Assembly (NCBI GenBank): GCA_905178155.1
Contig: CAJINV010000020.1
Span: 992,001-1,056,000 of the forward strand
Direction of reading: 5' to 3'
From: Amoebophrya sp. A120
Lineage: Eukaryota; Protista; Dinoflagellata
DNA: 64,000 nt
This document shows positions 26,601 to 38,649 of the stretch, in pieces (position 1 is the stretch's first letter; the number at the start of each line of letters is the position of its first letter). Below the pieces are notes generated by a model. It was not told where the DNA came from. It ran no database searches and saw nothing but the letters and a program-made list of their open reading frames with translations. The translations under genes were made by a program, and so were the position numbers.

Positions 26601-29600
26601 AAATTCCCTCCCCTTGTAGCACAAACCGGGCCCCTCTTGCTGGTCATGCAAGACAGATTTTTTTAGCATCTAAAGCAAGCATCACAAGTTCCAACCTTCC
26701 AGACCCAGAGACTTTTGCATTTGATAGACTCGCGCGCCCACCCTCCTGGATGCCCATGACGGCGGAGAGCAGCAATCTTTGCTGATGGGGGATCAAAACC
26801 GCGTCGAGGAGGTAGAAACTCTTGTCGCTCTCGAGCTCTAAGTCCTCAATCTCCGCATCGGGGTCGTTTGGTAAGGTCACTAATGTGTATTGCTCCGTCT
26901 GGTGTCCTGTCGTGGACGGCGATGCGGGGACGTGAGAAGCAGTCGTAGCTCCTCCTCCACCTGCCGCAGCCGCCCCGGCTACAGGAGGCGCAAAAGACGA
27001 CGCTGACGGGCTGGCCGGCAACATTTGTCTCTGTGAAGCTGCAGATGTTCTTGAAAAACACCCGACCGCTTTCCCGTGCAACAGGTCGTGAATCGTGATG
27101 GTGTATTCGTGGCCGAGAAGTAAAAATCGGTTAACCAGCATCGGATCCGCGGCTTTGACAAAAACATTTCCAGACACGTAAAGCTTCTGCCGAAGTTCGA
27201 ACGTCGAGCGCGTGGCGGAACTCATCGCGTTTTGGTTACCCCCATCGGCGAGACTCTCCAGTCTCGCCGCACTTCCGCTTCCGCCGCGCCGAAACTGGGC
27301 GATGAAGTCGTCGTCGGCGTCCTGGATCTGCGACCCAGACCGTGCTTTTGAAAAGGAGGACGCCGAGTCCGCCCGGTCTGGAAAGCGTATGCATTGCAAA
27401 TATGTCTGGCTCTGGAAGGGTGCAACTTGTAATGTAAATTTCTGATAACAGAAAGATCTGTCATGCATAAATAGCAAACGCTACTCAAAACTTGGCACCA
27501 AAAGAGGGGCTTTGTCATGCGGATTAGGCATTGAGACACCTTCTCAAGACGTGTGATGCTAGGGCTTGCATGCCAGACCTCCTGGGTCATGCAAAAGCAG
27601 CATGAGAAACATCTACGCTCATCCAGACCCAGACATATTTGCATTTGATAAAGCGAAACGGGTCGCCAATCGTGGACCCCCGTCTGTTATGCTGTGCAAA
27701 AGTATCGCACTCGTACTAATTGCTATTGCAGTATATGCATGACAAATCTCTTACCAAGGGAAAACAGCATGGCAAATTCAACTTTTCATGCTGAGAAAAT
27801 TTGTAATGCGATTCGTACTAGTAGTAGTACGATGCTTTTGCAGTTCATATCTGTTCGTTTCGGGGACGAACGCCAGCCCGAACTGACTTGCTCTCGACGC
27901 GTGCTTCTGCGGACTGGCAAGATCGAGAAAAGAATCTCTCGTCCGTCCGCCCGCTTGGGACGTGCCTTGTGGGGCGTTTGATGAAATTGCACCGTGTAGT
28001 CCAGCACCCGAGCCGGAGCTACTGGTGCCCAGGCGCTGCAGCACCGTTTCGTGGCAACCGTTGTAATTGTAGCACCGGGCCGTGAAACTCCGGTGCACGC
28101 GGAGGGTCGTGCATTGTGAGGAAAAATCCCCCCTCCCCATCAAGAAAGGGCACGCTTCAACAAATTTGTGCTGCTGATTTGGGACCACAAATCCTGTCTC
28201 TATTGCAAGAGGGCAAATCCAAAGAGGGCGCCGCTTTATGGAGGCGGTTTGTAATGCTGTTGCGCCTATACGGCAGGCCTCTGTTATGCTTAGCACCTAC
28301 ACCAAAACACCCCTACGCAGGCTGAGGCTTTGCCTGCAGTACCTCACTGCAAGACAGAGCTGATTTGTGTACACAAATCCAGCAACAGAAATTTCCTTTT
28401 CAATATGGGGAGGGGGGTGGATTTTTCATTTTGATATCGTGTCTCCGAACTTTTGCCCCAGCTGCTCCCGCTCCTCCGCTTGCTTCCGCCGGTTCGGCAA
28501 AATGAACAGCCAGGGATTGCGGTTGCCGCAGCAGTAGGGTTGGTGGATCTCCGCTGTGCCGTCGGGAATCAGATGAAGCAACGCCCAGGTCCTCGTGTCC
28601 CAAATGCGAACGCCGCTGCTCGTGCTGCCGCCGAAGCCCCCGCTGGTGTCTTCCCCATAGCTGGTGAGCCAATCGTCATTGTTGACAAAGCGGACCTTGT
28701 AGTAGGTCACGTTCGGTTCGTAGAGCCGCATGAAGGGATTGCGAACCGCGAGGGCGGCATCTTTGTCTGGATTCTTTTCATCGCTGGAAGATGTTCTAGT
28801 TGCACCTGTTGGCCAGAAGCTCTTGGCGAAAGAGTTCCGAGTTCCACCAGAACTCATCGGCGCCCACTCGTCCGCATTGTAAACGTAAATTTTGTTTTCC
28901 CCCTGGACCTGCATGACGGCAGCGAAGAGCTGTGCCTTACCACGCTTCTTCGCCGTCGACGCGGTAGCATTTGCGCCGGAGGTGCTGGAGGTCTTCTTGT
29001 TGTCACCACTATTTCTTATTCCGCTACTTCTATCCCACGAAAAAATTGTTTCACTGTGATGGTTTTGCAAGGTCCGCATCACAAGTTTGCTACACATGAC
29101 ACAGAAAATTTGTCATGCGCGCTTTCCAAGGGAAAACATGCTTAAAAATCCAATGCCTTGCAGGTGTAGCAAGGCAAATAGGTCTGTGTTCCACTTCCAT
29201 TCTATGCATCACAAGTTCACAGTGAAACAGTTTTTTCTTGCGATAACTTCTGCCGTCTTGCGGTTGAAGCCCAGTGCCACTTACTCTCGTACTGCCGCTG
29301 CTCCGCCGGGGACCCCGACTGTACTTGTTTGCCACGCTGCATTATTCATTGCAAATATGTCTGGGTCGGGAAAGTGCGAACTTGTGATGCATGTTGCGGA
29401 TCGTACAAAAATCTGTGTTGCGTGACTTGCAAAAGGTGCTCACTTCTGGTCATGCTGAGAGGGGATTTCTCATGCAGAACAGGCATTACAAAGGGGCTGC
29501 AGATCCTGTGATGCTAGGCCCTGCATCACAGACTTGGCGGAGCTTGGAAAAACTGCATGACAAATCTCAGAATCTTCCAGGCCCAGACATTTTTGCATTT

Positions 29601-32600
29601 CATATGCTTGTCGCGGTTCGGGAAGATGATCCACTTCTCCGGTTCTTGTTTCCGATAATGCTAGTCGACTTCACGACGGTTTTCAGTTTTTTCCAGACTG
29701 ATAGCTTTTTCTCCTCCCCATCGTCCGCGTTTTCCTCGTATGAAATGCAAAAGCATTGCATCGTACTAGTATGAAGTGCATTACAAATTGACTTAGCATT
29801 ACAAATGAAATTATTTGCAATGCTGTTTTATCGCCTTGGGAAAGAGATTTGCCATGCATAACAGCAATTACTATGAGTACGATACTTTTGCAGAGCATAC
29901 CTCGTCGTTGTCGGCCAACTTTCCCACCGACCCCGAAAAGTCCATGTACAAAAACCGCATCTGCGCCCCGGACTCGTCTTCCTGTTCTAGGTATCAAATG
30001 TAAAAATGTCTGGGTCTGGAAGAATGCAACTTGTCATGCTAAATCTGAAGCATGTAAAAATCTGTGTTGCATGATTACCAAAAGTCGTCCAGTTTTGACC
30101 AAGTCGGGAGGGAGTTTCTCATGCAGGATAGGCATGAGAGAGATCGCACAGAATCTGTCATGCTAGCTCCTGCATTCCAGACCTCATGGGTCATGGAAAA
30201 TCTGCGTGACAAATCGCGCATTCTTCCAGACCCAGACATTTTTACAGTTGATACTAGGGAAAGGACCCGCTTTTGCGACTCCAAGGCGTACACCGCCCGG
30301 GTCGTGACCACGTACTTGGCGCAGGGGGAAATCACAATCGGCGCGGTCTTCCGTTTCAGCCGACTGGCATCCAGCGTCACGGAGTACCAGGAGTGCAGCG
30401 TCGTCCAGGTTCGCGTGTCGATCACTTCGTTGCGCAGCTCGGACAGGTCTTGAATACAGATCCAATGCGTTGTGTCTTTCGCTTTATTGTTCCCTCCACC
30501 GAGAGTAGATGACCTGGTGCTGGAAGTCTTCGCAAGCTGATGTTCTTTGTGGTAAAGTAGCCCATGATCTCCTGGTGCTGGATCTTTGTCAGAATCGTAG
30601 TCGAGCGACTTCTTCCCGTCAGCGGTGCCAGATGAGGAGTCTTTATTGTTCCTGAAGAACCCAAAATAAACCTCCTGCGACGCGGCGATGTCGCGAGCAG
30701 AGTGGTTGATTTTCAAGTTGCAAACGCCCTTGGGAAAAAACTCCACGGCGTTGCACCTGAACATCGTGTGAACGAGCGACCAGGTTTTCGTTTCGTAAAA
30801 CGAAACCGCACAGGATTGCGCGAACCCCTGCATCAACCCGACGGCGAGTAGCGAGTCGTCGGCGGAAAAGGCGATTTGGAAGCAAAACGCGTTCTTCGCG
30901 ACTTGGCGGTGAGTGCGCGAGTTGAAAATCATCTTCTTCCGGTGTTCCAGCGACCGCCGGCGCTGGTCGGTCCCCGAGGTTTTGCTGGTTGCCGAGCTGG
31001 ACGCCGCAGACACGTTCCCAGTGGATTGCCGGTGGTCAGTTTGATTGCGTGGCTCGTCTACTTGCCGCGTTGTAGTGGACGTCTTGCTCACGCTTCGTCC
31101 ACCTCCTGCACCAGTTTGTTCAAACATAGCCGAAGAAGCGGACATTGCGCTGCTGGTGGAGTACCTATCAACTGTAAAAATGTCTGGGTCTGGAAACTTG
31201 TGATGCAAGTCAGGGAGAAATGCGCATACTGTAATGCACTGCCAAGCATGACAAGGTTTTCCGTGGTTCAGTGTTGCGTACTCCGCGTGAGAAACTGCGT
31301 TTTTGCATGACAGGCAAGAGAAGCCCTTTGCGGCCACGCAATACAGAGCTCAGAGTCATGCCGGACTAGCATGACATATCCCGGAATCTTCCAGACCCAG
31401 ACATTTTTGCATTTGATAGTACCGGGTAGCGCTCGATCTTCCCCCAGTCGCTCCATAAGCGTGGATGTCCACGACGGGAATGCGCTTTATCACCCGCCAG
31501 ACTTTCGGTGGCGGCCGCAGCGCGACGGCAGATTCATCCGCATCCCCGAGCGGACCTCCGTTACGCCGCACGTGTCGCGCGGCCGGAGCTCCTGCCCCTT
31601 TTCCCCCAGCAGCGGCCGCGGCGACTCCTGCTGCGCCGAGATTCAGGCTGGACGAACTGGAGGCGGCGGACAGGGAAAGCGAGTGCTCGATCTGATTGGA
31701 ACCACTGGACGTCGCACTGGGGGGCTGCGATAAAACTTGGGCATTCAAAACTCCTGCTCCTGCGGTAGTCCCGTTTTCGTCAGCTGCGGTCTGTTTGTCC
31801 GGTGAACAAGACCCTGATTTATTGCTGAAGTACGCCCCGCGGATTTTGCTCGCGCCGCTCGTCCGCACTTTTGTTTTCTTGCCTATAGTTGCACCACCTT
31901 CGGCTTCGCTGTCGGACGAATTTTCCTCAGATTTGATAGACAACGCCGACGGCCGCTTTGGAGGAGGTCCACCTTTGTTTTGTGTGCCGTTTTCTCCTTG
32001 ATCGACGCCAGATGAGCCATCATTACAACTTCCATCCCCCGTCTCATCTCCGTCCATCGCGCAGCCCATGCTGGTGTCGTAAATGATGACATCAGTTTTC
32101 GAGAACACCGCGAGCCACCGGTCGTCTCTCTTGCTGAAGCACGCGGCAGAAACGCGTTCCTCGACGGCGATCGGTAGGGACGGGAAGATCCCGGGAACCA
32201 CATCATCCACTGGGAAGGAGCGGTGGATATTCTGACGGGAGGAGGACGACGTCGATGTGGATGTGCTGGCCCCTTCGCCCGGACTCGTAAAATTGTCGTG
32301 AGTGTTGAAAATGTTCTTCGACATCCCGGAAGGAGCAATGTTTCGTTGGTTCGCCGAATTCATCATCTGTGTGCCTTGTTGCATCGACGGCGCGCCGCCA
32401 GCGTCGATGTTAGGAGCCCTGCCGCCGTTCGAAAACGAACCGCCGTGTTGATTCTTCAGGCCATCAGAGCACGCAGAGGAGGACTGTTCATCTTCCCCGC
32501 GGTGGACCTTAGCGTTGAAGTTTTCCGTTTGTATGATTTTAACATCGTCGGAGACATCGTCGATACGCAGGTCATCGGGTAATTGCTGACTCTGCAGCTC

Positions 32601-32630
32601 GTCCTCGGGTGCCTCGGGAGAAGCGGCCAT
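17610..32630 (-). CDS. TRP-like cation channel with ankyrin-like repeat and long, probably beta-propeller/WD40-like N-terminal region, ~3064 aa
   Basis: The C-terminal TM region reads FIRMLIEIFVDIRYFLIVVSIALLGFGTAFFVL...MLGDWD...FTFVMVIVLFNLLIAIMSDTFERV, and an ankyrin-like NQVDRHSGKSLLYLAIENGD is reassembled across an insertion. Removing 22 elements (+5 nt each) and GT-AG introns 17915-18251 and 19317-19488 leaves 9195 nt = 3065 codons. Confidence 0.8.
18431..18690. mobile_element. Introner family A
   Basis: TSD CGAGC/CGAGC; excision gives ETLL-GVYVL. Confidence 0.92.
18725..19040. mobile_element. Introner family D (TIR TATN7GAAAAATCCCCCCTCCCCATAT)
   Basis: TSD GGCGG/GGCGG. Confidence 0.9.
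20032..20217. mobile_element. Introner family B
   Basis: TSD AGGGA/AAGGC (3/5); frame restored. Confidence 0.82.
21949..22126. mobile_element. Introner family B
   Basis: TSD GACGA/GGCAA (3/5); excision rebuilds the ankyrin-like LLYLA-IENGD. Confidence 0.85.
22323..22473. mobile_element. Introner family B
   Basis: TSD GGAGA/GTAGA; frame restored. Confidence 0.88.
22658..22909. mobile_element. Introner family A
   Basis: TSD GATAG/GATAG. Confidence 0.92.
22959..23266. mobile_element. Introner family H (divergent; opposite orientation to 3784-4089)
   Basis: TIR TATGAAAGCCTCAG; TSD GCCAG/GCCCG. Confidence 0.85.
23336..23587. mobile_element. Introner family G
   Basis: TSD ATGTG/ATGTG; inverted relative to 9878-10132. 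Confidence 0.92.
23654..23978. mobile_element. Introner family D (opposite orientation to the other D copies)
   Basis: TSD TGTGC/TGTGC. Confidence 0.9.
24392..24588. mobile_element. Introner family M (TIR TATSCARGAARAAAAC..GTARGTGTAACT)
   Basis: TSD CGTTC/CGTTC. Confidence 0.88.
25013..25318. mobile_element. Introner family F (TIR TATYAMARTGAAAAATGYCCCCAC)
   Basis: TSD AAGAG/AAGAG; inverted copy at 59381-59689. Confidence 0.92.
25388..25537. mobile_element. Introner family B
   Basis: TSD GAATA/GAATA. Confidence 0.9.
25669..25829. mobile_element. Introner family B
   Basis: TSD TTTTC/TTTTC. Confidence 0.9.
26465..26726. mobile_element. Introner family A
   Basis: TSD GACTC/GACTC. Confidence 0.93.
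27388..27650. mobile_element. Introner family A
   Basis: TSD AAGCG/AAGCG. Confidence 0.92.
27688..27849. mobile_element. Introner family B
   Basis: TSD TCTGT/TCTGT. Confidence 0.9.
28112..28436. mobile_element. Introner family D (CAT start)
   Basis: TSD TCGTG/TCGTG. Confidence 0.9.
29031..29245. mobile_element. Introner family K
   Basis: TSD ACTTC/ACTTC. Confidence 0.88.
29343..29604. mobile_element. Introner family A
   Basis: TSD TGCAT/TGCTT; frame restored. Confidence 0.88.
29739..29899. mobile_element. Introner family B
   Basis: TSD CCTCG/CCTCG; can be read as GT-AG. Confidence 0.9.
29992..30253. mobile_element. Introner family A
   Basis: TSD CTAGG/CTAGG; inverted relative to 634-904. 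Confidence 0.92.
31166..31418. mobile_element. Introner family A (subfamily 2)
   Basis: TSD GTACC/GTACC; can be read as GT-AG. Confidence 0.92.
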
Positions 32631-34270
32631 GATGGTGGAAGTAGTGTGGTCAACAGGTACTAGAGACAGGTTGGTAACAAGCTGGCTCAACAAGAAACTC
32701 ACGACGACACGGACAAAAGAGACCCACTTCGTTAAATGTCAATTCGCTCCGGCTCCCGGCGTCTCTTGAGGCGTTGCTTTATCTTATGAGCCCAAAAGGT
32801 GAGAAACAAAAACTCAAACACTCACAAACACAGCAGCCCTTCGTAAGGCTACCTTCAATCATACTACCACGCACTACCTCCACAAGCAATACTGTCACTC
32901 ATCTCTCAAAGAAAGAAAGGACATTGAAAGTCGCAAACCTTGATGCTATCGTCTGCTGTCTTCTGCTGAAGATTGCAAGTAAGGTGAAGTTCTTGAAGGT
33001 TCAGGCTCTTATCACTTTTGAAGGCAAGTTTCACGTAGTTTTTCTTTGCGTTGCTTCTCATGCCTCTCCCCCGTCTGTTTCAACAACCTGTTTCCGACTT
33101 TCGCCTCTGCCAGCTACAGAAACTGAAGCAGCGGCCTCGGTGTGGTTTCGTTCGGGTTTTTCGATTTTACTTTTTTTGCTTTTTTACACATGAAAAAGAA
33201 AATGAGGAAGATCAGATTTGAAGAGTGAGTTTCCAATTCCATTGATTTCGTGGTCCTCGTGCATGTCTCGCACATGAATCCCCGTGGGACGAGGGGACTC
33301 GTTTCCTCCTTGTGAAAAGACACATTCAACAGAGCTTGTCACTGTCTGGACACGACCACGACAAAGGCATCTGTATCAAAAAAGAGTAAAGTTAGACTTT
33401 CACTCAGCGGCCTAGTACGTAAATGATCACACACCTGTGTCGATAGCCTACCGCAATAGAAGCAGCTCTAATAATTTAAATTATTCGTTTGGTTTACGTT
33501 TTTTAGCCCATGATGCAGTTGCAGCCGCAGCCCATAGCTTTGAAAAAAGAAACAATTTTGTGCTTCTGTGTTTATTCGAAGACGTAGTTGTCGCATACGT
33601 ATTGGTTTTTCCCCACCGTTATCGCATCTTTGTCATCGGTTCTAACCCCTGGACCTGGTGGCACTCCCTAGCAAAATGTGACGTTGTTGTAAACGTAAAG
33701 ACATCTTCTACTTTGTGAAAAATTTTGAACGCTAGCATTTGCAGACACAATTAAACAGTACTTGATCAATACGGGTTTATAATATTTCTATTGCCGAAAA
33801 CATCGGTGTAGAAGTAGGGGTAGTTGTGTCGAAGTTGTGAAGTGTTATAATACGTCGTCGAAATGCATGCACAGCCAGAGCCGTCGACCGCGGTGTAGTG
33901 GTGCTGGCAGTGCAAGCGTAGCCCATTTGATTTCACAGCAGTCTTTATTTTCTTGAATAGCCCGGGAGTATTTCTATTTCATGCTGTTCAATACATGTTT
34001 TTTTTGTGTAGTTCTAGCTTCTTCATCCTAGTGCGACGACCTTCCATGCCAAAAACAACAAAACTGATGATCATCATCCATTTTCCAAAAATTTTACGTG
34101 GAGGGCAGAGTTGGTAGTTCGTTATTGCGTATAGATTTTGCTCACTGAAGCGAGATATAGCATTTCTTTACACCAGACCTGATAATGAGTATTTCATCCT
34201 TCCATCATCTTAGAAAAGTACTTCTACATCTACTTCGACTTCCTGCACTGAACCAGCATAAATCAGAATC

Positions 34271-37200
34271 CTAGTTGGTCAGCAGGAGGGAAAACTTTGC
34301 ATCCTCCTTTTCCTCTTCCGTGGAAGACGTCGACATGGTCTTTTCCAGTTTGATGCTCCCCGAGGAAGAGTTGTAGTAGTAGCTGTCGTCATCACGATTG
34401 TTCCAGTAAGACTTTTTCCAGGAAGAGGAGCTGCAGCTGCAATTATTGTTCTCGTCTTCACCGTAGTAGAATTTGCTATTGCTGTGCTCGTCCTCGTCCT
34501 CGATCTGGTCCTCCGCAGAAATAGCCATCTGCTCCAGACGGGTTTTGGTCACCATTGGGGACGACGTCGAGTTCTTGTCGCAGACTGAACCGTAGCGGGC
34601 TTCGTAGATCATCTGCAGCTTCTCCGTTTCTTTCTTCAACAAATCCATTGCGGTGGTGCTCTTGGTGGTCTCCCAAGTTTTTAGTTCCGTTCGTTCATCA
34701 TTCTCGTGGTCGTGGTTGTCCGCATGTTCTTCGTCGTCGTCGAAGCCCGCAGTGGTGTAGGTGTGCGACATGGTCGTGGTAGCGTTGTTATACAGGTTGC
34801 TGCAGCTGTTCCTGTTGTAGTTCGACGAGGATGAATAAAAGCTGTCGCAAGTGTTGTTGTAGTTGTCCCGCTCTACTTGGGGCTCCTGCATGTAAAATTT
34901 TTTGTCACCGTAGTTGTACAACCCGTAGCTGTCGCTGCACATCATTCCGGGCAGCACGGCGGATGTCGCCGCCGGGGGGACCGCCGTTACGAATTCTACT
35001 TCGTCCGCAGTGACCTCCACTTCGTTTTCCTCCTGAACCAGCACGTAACCATCCTCAACCAACGGAAAGGATTTGCAGTAGTTTTCCCCAAACAGCGCAT
35101 CGTCCTCCGGCCGCGAAATGGTGTGCGACCACAACCTATGCATTGCAAAAGTATCGAACTCGTACTGACTGCAGTAATGTCTTACAAATCTCTCTCTCAA
35201 GCGGGTGCATCTGCGTTCACAAATTTCATTTGTATATGCTGAAGATGAATTCATTGTTTTCACACGATAGCGATATTTCTACCAAGTACGATACTTTTGC
35301 ACAGGATACAATCGCAGCGCAACCTTGATCTTCGTCTTCAACGAGGTCTTCAGGGGGTCCTGAGGTTTTGGGAGTATGATTTTTCAATGATGTTGAACGA
35401 TTTTTATACTTTTGAATCTCTGGCGCCACGAATCATGAAAAGAAGCGTGAAACTCACGAAACTCAAGCTGTAGTACGAAGATCCCGCCCATACAACTAAG
35501 TACCTGCGTCCTCTCCTCTACTAACATGTGGTCTTCGCCCATGTGAATCGGGGATTCCTGGTAGGAGTATGCAACACAAATTTCCCGCACATGTACAAAA
35601 TGCATGACAAACTTCGCTAACTTTGAGTGTCAGACTTGTCATGCTGATTAAGATTGAGGGCAAGTTTTGCCATGAAGAAACTGCATTTGTACAACGTGTA
35701 CAGGAAATTATTTCCTGTGGATAAGGAGCGGTCCGACTCCGAGACCATCATCATCGGCGTCACGTCCCACAGCTCGATCCGCGCGCCCTCCAACCGGTCG
35801 GCGCAGGTCGCGTAGCGCCAGCCACCGCGTATGGGACTCTCAAACGTTACATTCTCAACTGTTACATGAATCTGTCATGCAGAAGCACCATCATCATCCA
35901 CTCGATCAAGCTGCTTGGCATGACAAATTTGCCCAGGGCTAAACAGCGCCTAAATCTGTGCGGAGTTTGTAATGCTACAGGCGCAATCTCCTCCCTTTCA
36001 CTTTTCCCATTCTTGCATCACAAATCCATGTAACAGCTGAGAATGTAACAGTTGAGAACGCCATACCGCGGTGCGAGGAGTTGTAGATCTTCACCTTTCG
36101 GTATGCATTGCAAATATGTCTGGGTCTGGAAGAATGCAAGATTTGTCATGCTTGTCTGGCATGACTTTTAACTCTGTGATGCTTAGGCGCGAAAAGACGC
36201 TCTTTCCTGTCATGCAAAAACGAAGCCTGCCATGCGGAATACGCAACACACGGGAGCCCAAAAACTTGTCATGCTTGGTCACCCATTGCAGTGAGCTCAT
36301 TATTCACAGAGTTGCATCACAAGTTTCCAGACCCAGACATTTTTGCAATGCGTATTCGGAGGGGCGGGGTCTCGATCTCCTCCTGCGCGTTCGCGGTCAT
36401 CTCGCTGCATCCAAGAAAAAAACGTTGTCCTTAGTGTAAATTCATGATGCGCAACATGCAAGATGGTTGCGTCTGTCATGCTTGGCGTGCATCGTAGGGT
36501 CCATTCATGGGCGTTTTCCCGTACTATCTGCGCATGACAGGTTTTTGCTGTCATGCGAGAGATATTTGTCATGCTAATCCTCCAAGAATAAAGTTACACC
36601 TACAACGTTTTTTTCTTGGATACGCTGGAGAGCTGCTTCAGTTTCCACATTCTCTGTCGCTCCCGCTGGGCAAACAGCAACGCCTGCTGCTTTTCGTACG
36701 CATGTTCCCACTCGCAAATCTGCGACACGTTGTCCCCGCACTGGAAGTATCGTGTGCAAAAGTATCGTATTCGTATGAGTGCAAGTCTTGCATTGCAAAT
36801 CTTTGTCTTAAGGCAAATCTGCATTACAAATTTCATTTCTCACGCTGAGGAGATTTGTAATGCATTTATACGAGTACGATACTTTAACTTTTGCAATTCA
36901 TAGGAAGTAGCCCAATTCGCGGTGCCGGGTGGGCGGCGGCGGGATGATTCCGCTCGGGTTCTGTATGGCGTTGTCAAGAAACGTTACATGAAGTAGACTT
37001 CTTGCTAGGCAAAATTCCGTATGACTCTCCATACGTTGGTTCTTGAGGCTGCTTCGCATGACAAGTTTTATTTTCCACGCCGCGCTCAATAGCATTGCAA
37101 TCCTTGCGGCCGAGTCTGTAATGTAAGACACGCAAGCTCCTGGTGCTCGTTGTGCTAACCCTGTTCACTCGTCTTGATGTTGCTACCCTTGCATCACAAA

Positions 37201-38464
37201 GTGGTCACGCGAGAGCGAAGATCACTGTAACGTTTATTGAGAACTACCCCATATCGCGGGGCACCCAAATCTGGCAGTCCGGGAAGGGAATCGCGCCAAA
37301 GAGCGAAAAATCCGGACTATTCCCTGAAAATTAACCATCCCCATCCAATTTGCCATGCAAAACATGTAGCAATTTAAAGAAAGTCTGTGTCTGTCATGCA
37401 AAAAGTGGATGGGGTGGTTATTTTTCAGGGAATACGGGTGGTCTTCGTCTAACTGGACGATTACCCCCGGGAAGGCATCAACCAAAAAAGTGAGCTAAAG
37501 CTAACGCTACCGGTCTTTTTACAGATCGCAGTCCTCATGGTGCACGATCTGGAGTAGAAGTGTTGCCTAGAGCGGATGCTTCGCTATACCAATTTTTCAG
37601 GTATGTTGTTTTAGTTTTTGCATGCGTTAATACTGCGTTGCAGATTCATCCGACAGCGATATCACTATAGCTACGCTTTCGCTTCCGATAGGAGGCGAAG
37701 GGAGAGGATTTCTCAATGGTAAAGCGGATTTTGAGCCACGCCGGGCCGTCTACGTGGGCAGTGTGGTTCATGGTTGGCTGCCCGCTCTTATCCACAAAAA
37801 AAGACCCAGCGCCAGCACCCCGATCGATTTTTGCATGACAAGCACAGGACTTTATGAATGTTTTGCATGGCAACTTGGATGGGGATGGGTCTTTTTTTGT
37901 GGGTAGTTTTCGTCCTTCTCGCCGGTCAGCACATTGCTCGCACAGTAACGGCATCCATTGCAAAAGTATCGTGCCCATACTGAAATCGCAGCCATGCACG
38001 ACAAGCCAGGTTTTCGCTTTCTGCCCGAGTCTGCATAAAGAGTCCCACTGCAAGTTTTCTTCTTGAGGAAATCAGATACGTCATGCGGGTTAATTTTATC
38101 GAAGCAATTCTACTGCGATGCTTTTGCAAGGCATACGCGGTTGGTGTTCGCGCGGTGGGTGGACGACTGCCACACGGTGGTCGAAGGCAGGGAGCAGATG
38201 TTTTTCCCTTTCGGGTCGTAGAGCTTGATCTGACTTCATCCACAAAAAAAGACCCAACCCAATCCGCTTTGTCATACACAACATGCGCAGGGCCTGCGCT
38301 TGCCATGCAGAAAATGGATGGGGGTGCTTTTTCCTGGATAGATTTAAGTGGAGCGGCTTATTCTTGCCGCTGGGCTGCACGATAAGAAACTCATAAGATT
38401 TCGTGTTGGATTCCGTGAAGGGCACCGCCAGCCCCATCTTGCTGTTGTTGTTGGAGCAAGACAT
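34271..38464 (-). CDS. Protein with a probable F-type lectin / F5-8C-like galactose-binding-fold domain and low-complexity C-terminus
   Basis: Spliced LHLNQIKLYDPKGKNIC...WQSSTH...ASNVLTG...NHTAHVDGPAWLKI and KVKIYNSSHRGGWRYATCADRLEGARIELWD. It has 11 introners, a GT-AG intron at 35360-35503 and one unresolved intron at ~37490-37700. The domain call is by eye. Confidence 0.55.
35137..35308. mobile_element. Introner family B
   Basis: TSD CAACC/CAATC. Confidence 0.88.
35568..35723. mobile_element. Introner family N
   Basis: TSD AGGAG/AGGAG; imperfect TIR. Confidence 0.85.
35830..36065. mobile_element. Introner family E (TIR TATGGCGTTCTCAACTGTTACATTCTCAGCTGTTACATG)
   Basis: TSD CCGCG/CCGCG; the TIR contains an internal tandem duplication. 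Confidence 0.92.
36102..36354. mobile_element. Introner family A (subfamily 2)
   Basis: TSD TTCGG/TTCGG; inverted relative to 31166 and 56856. Confidence 0.9.
36408..36622. mobile_element. Introner family M (CAT start)
   Basis: TSD CGCTG/CGCTG. Confidence 0.88.
36748..36902. mobile_element. Introner family B
   Basis: TSD GGAAG/GGAAG. Confidence 0.9.
36964..37253. mobile_element. Introner, family E-like, degenerate
   Basis: TATGGCGTTGTCAAG...GAGAACTACCCCATA; flanks TTCTG/TCGCG; +5 removal is in frame (WVPR-DPSG). Confidence 0.75.
37318..37434. mobile_element. Introner family C
   Basis: TIR TATTCCCTGAAAA; TSD CGGAC/CGGGT. Confidence 0.85.
37789..37905. mobile_element. Introner family C
   Basis: TSD GCTCT/GTTTT; frame restored. 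Confidence 0.85.
37952..38135. mobile_element. Introner family B (CAT start, divergent)
   Basis: TSD AACGG/CGCGG; frame restored. Confidence 0.8.
38237..38340. mobile_element. Introner family C (CAT start)
   Basis: TSD GACTT/GATTT; frame restored. Confidence 0.85.
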
Positions 38465-38551
38465 CTTTATTTTGCACTTCGTTTCTTGTTTGCCTGCTAT
38501 AATGAGATGACGGCAAGCCCAAGTCGTCTGTCAGGCAATCGTCGTTTTATT

Positions 38552-38649
38552 GCTAGCACAGATCAACATACTCCAGAAACTTGCTTGAGCTAGCACAGAT
38601 CAACATACTCCAGATAAAAATGGGCAACTCCAGAAACTTGCTTAAGCTA
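38552..38649. repeat. Imperfect tandem duplication of a 37-bp unit just upstream of the lectin-like gene
   Basis: GCTAGCACAGATCAACATACTCCAGA twice and ACTCCAGAAACTTGCTTRAGCTA twice. Confidence 0.8.

Noticed and set aside
33916-33932. GCGTAGCCCATTTG, resembling the dinoflagellate spliced leader (also CCGTAGCC at ~3773)
   Set aside because: Short partial matches on the non-coding strand and not at a gene start, so compatible with chance.
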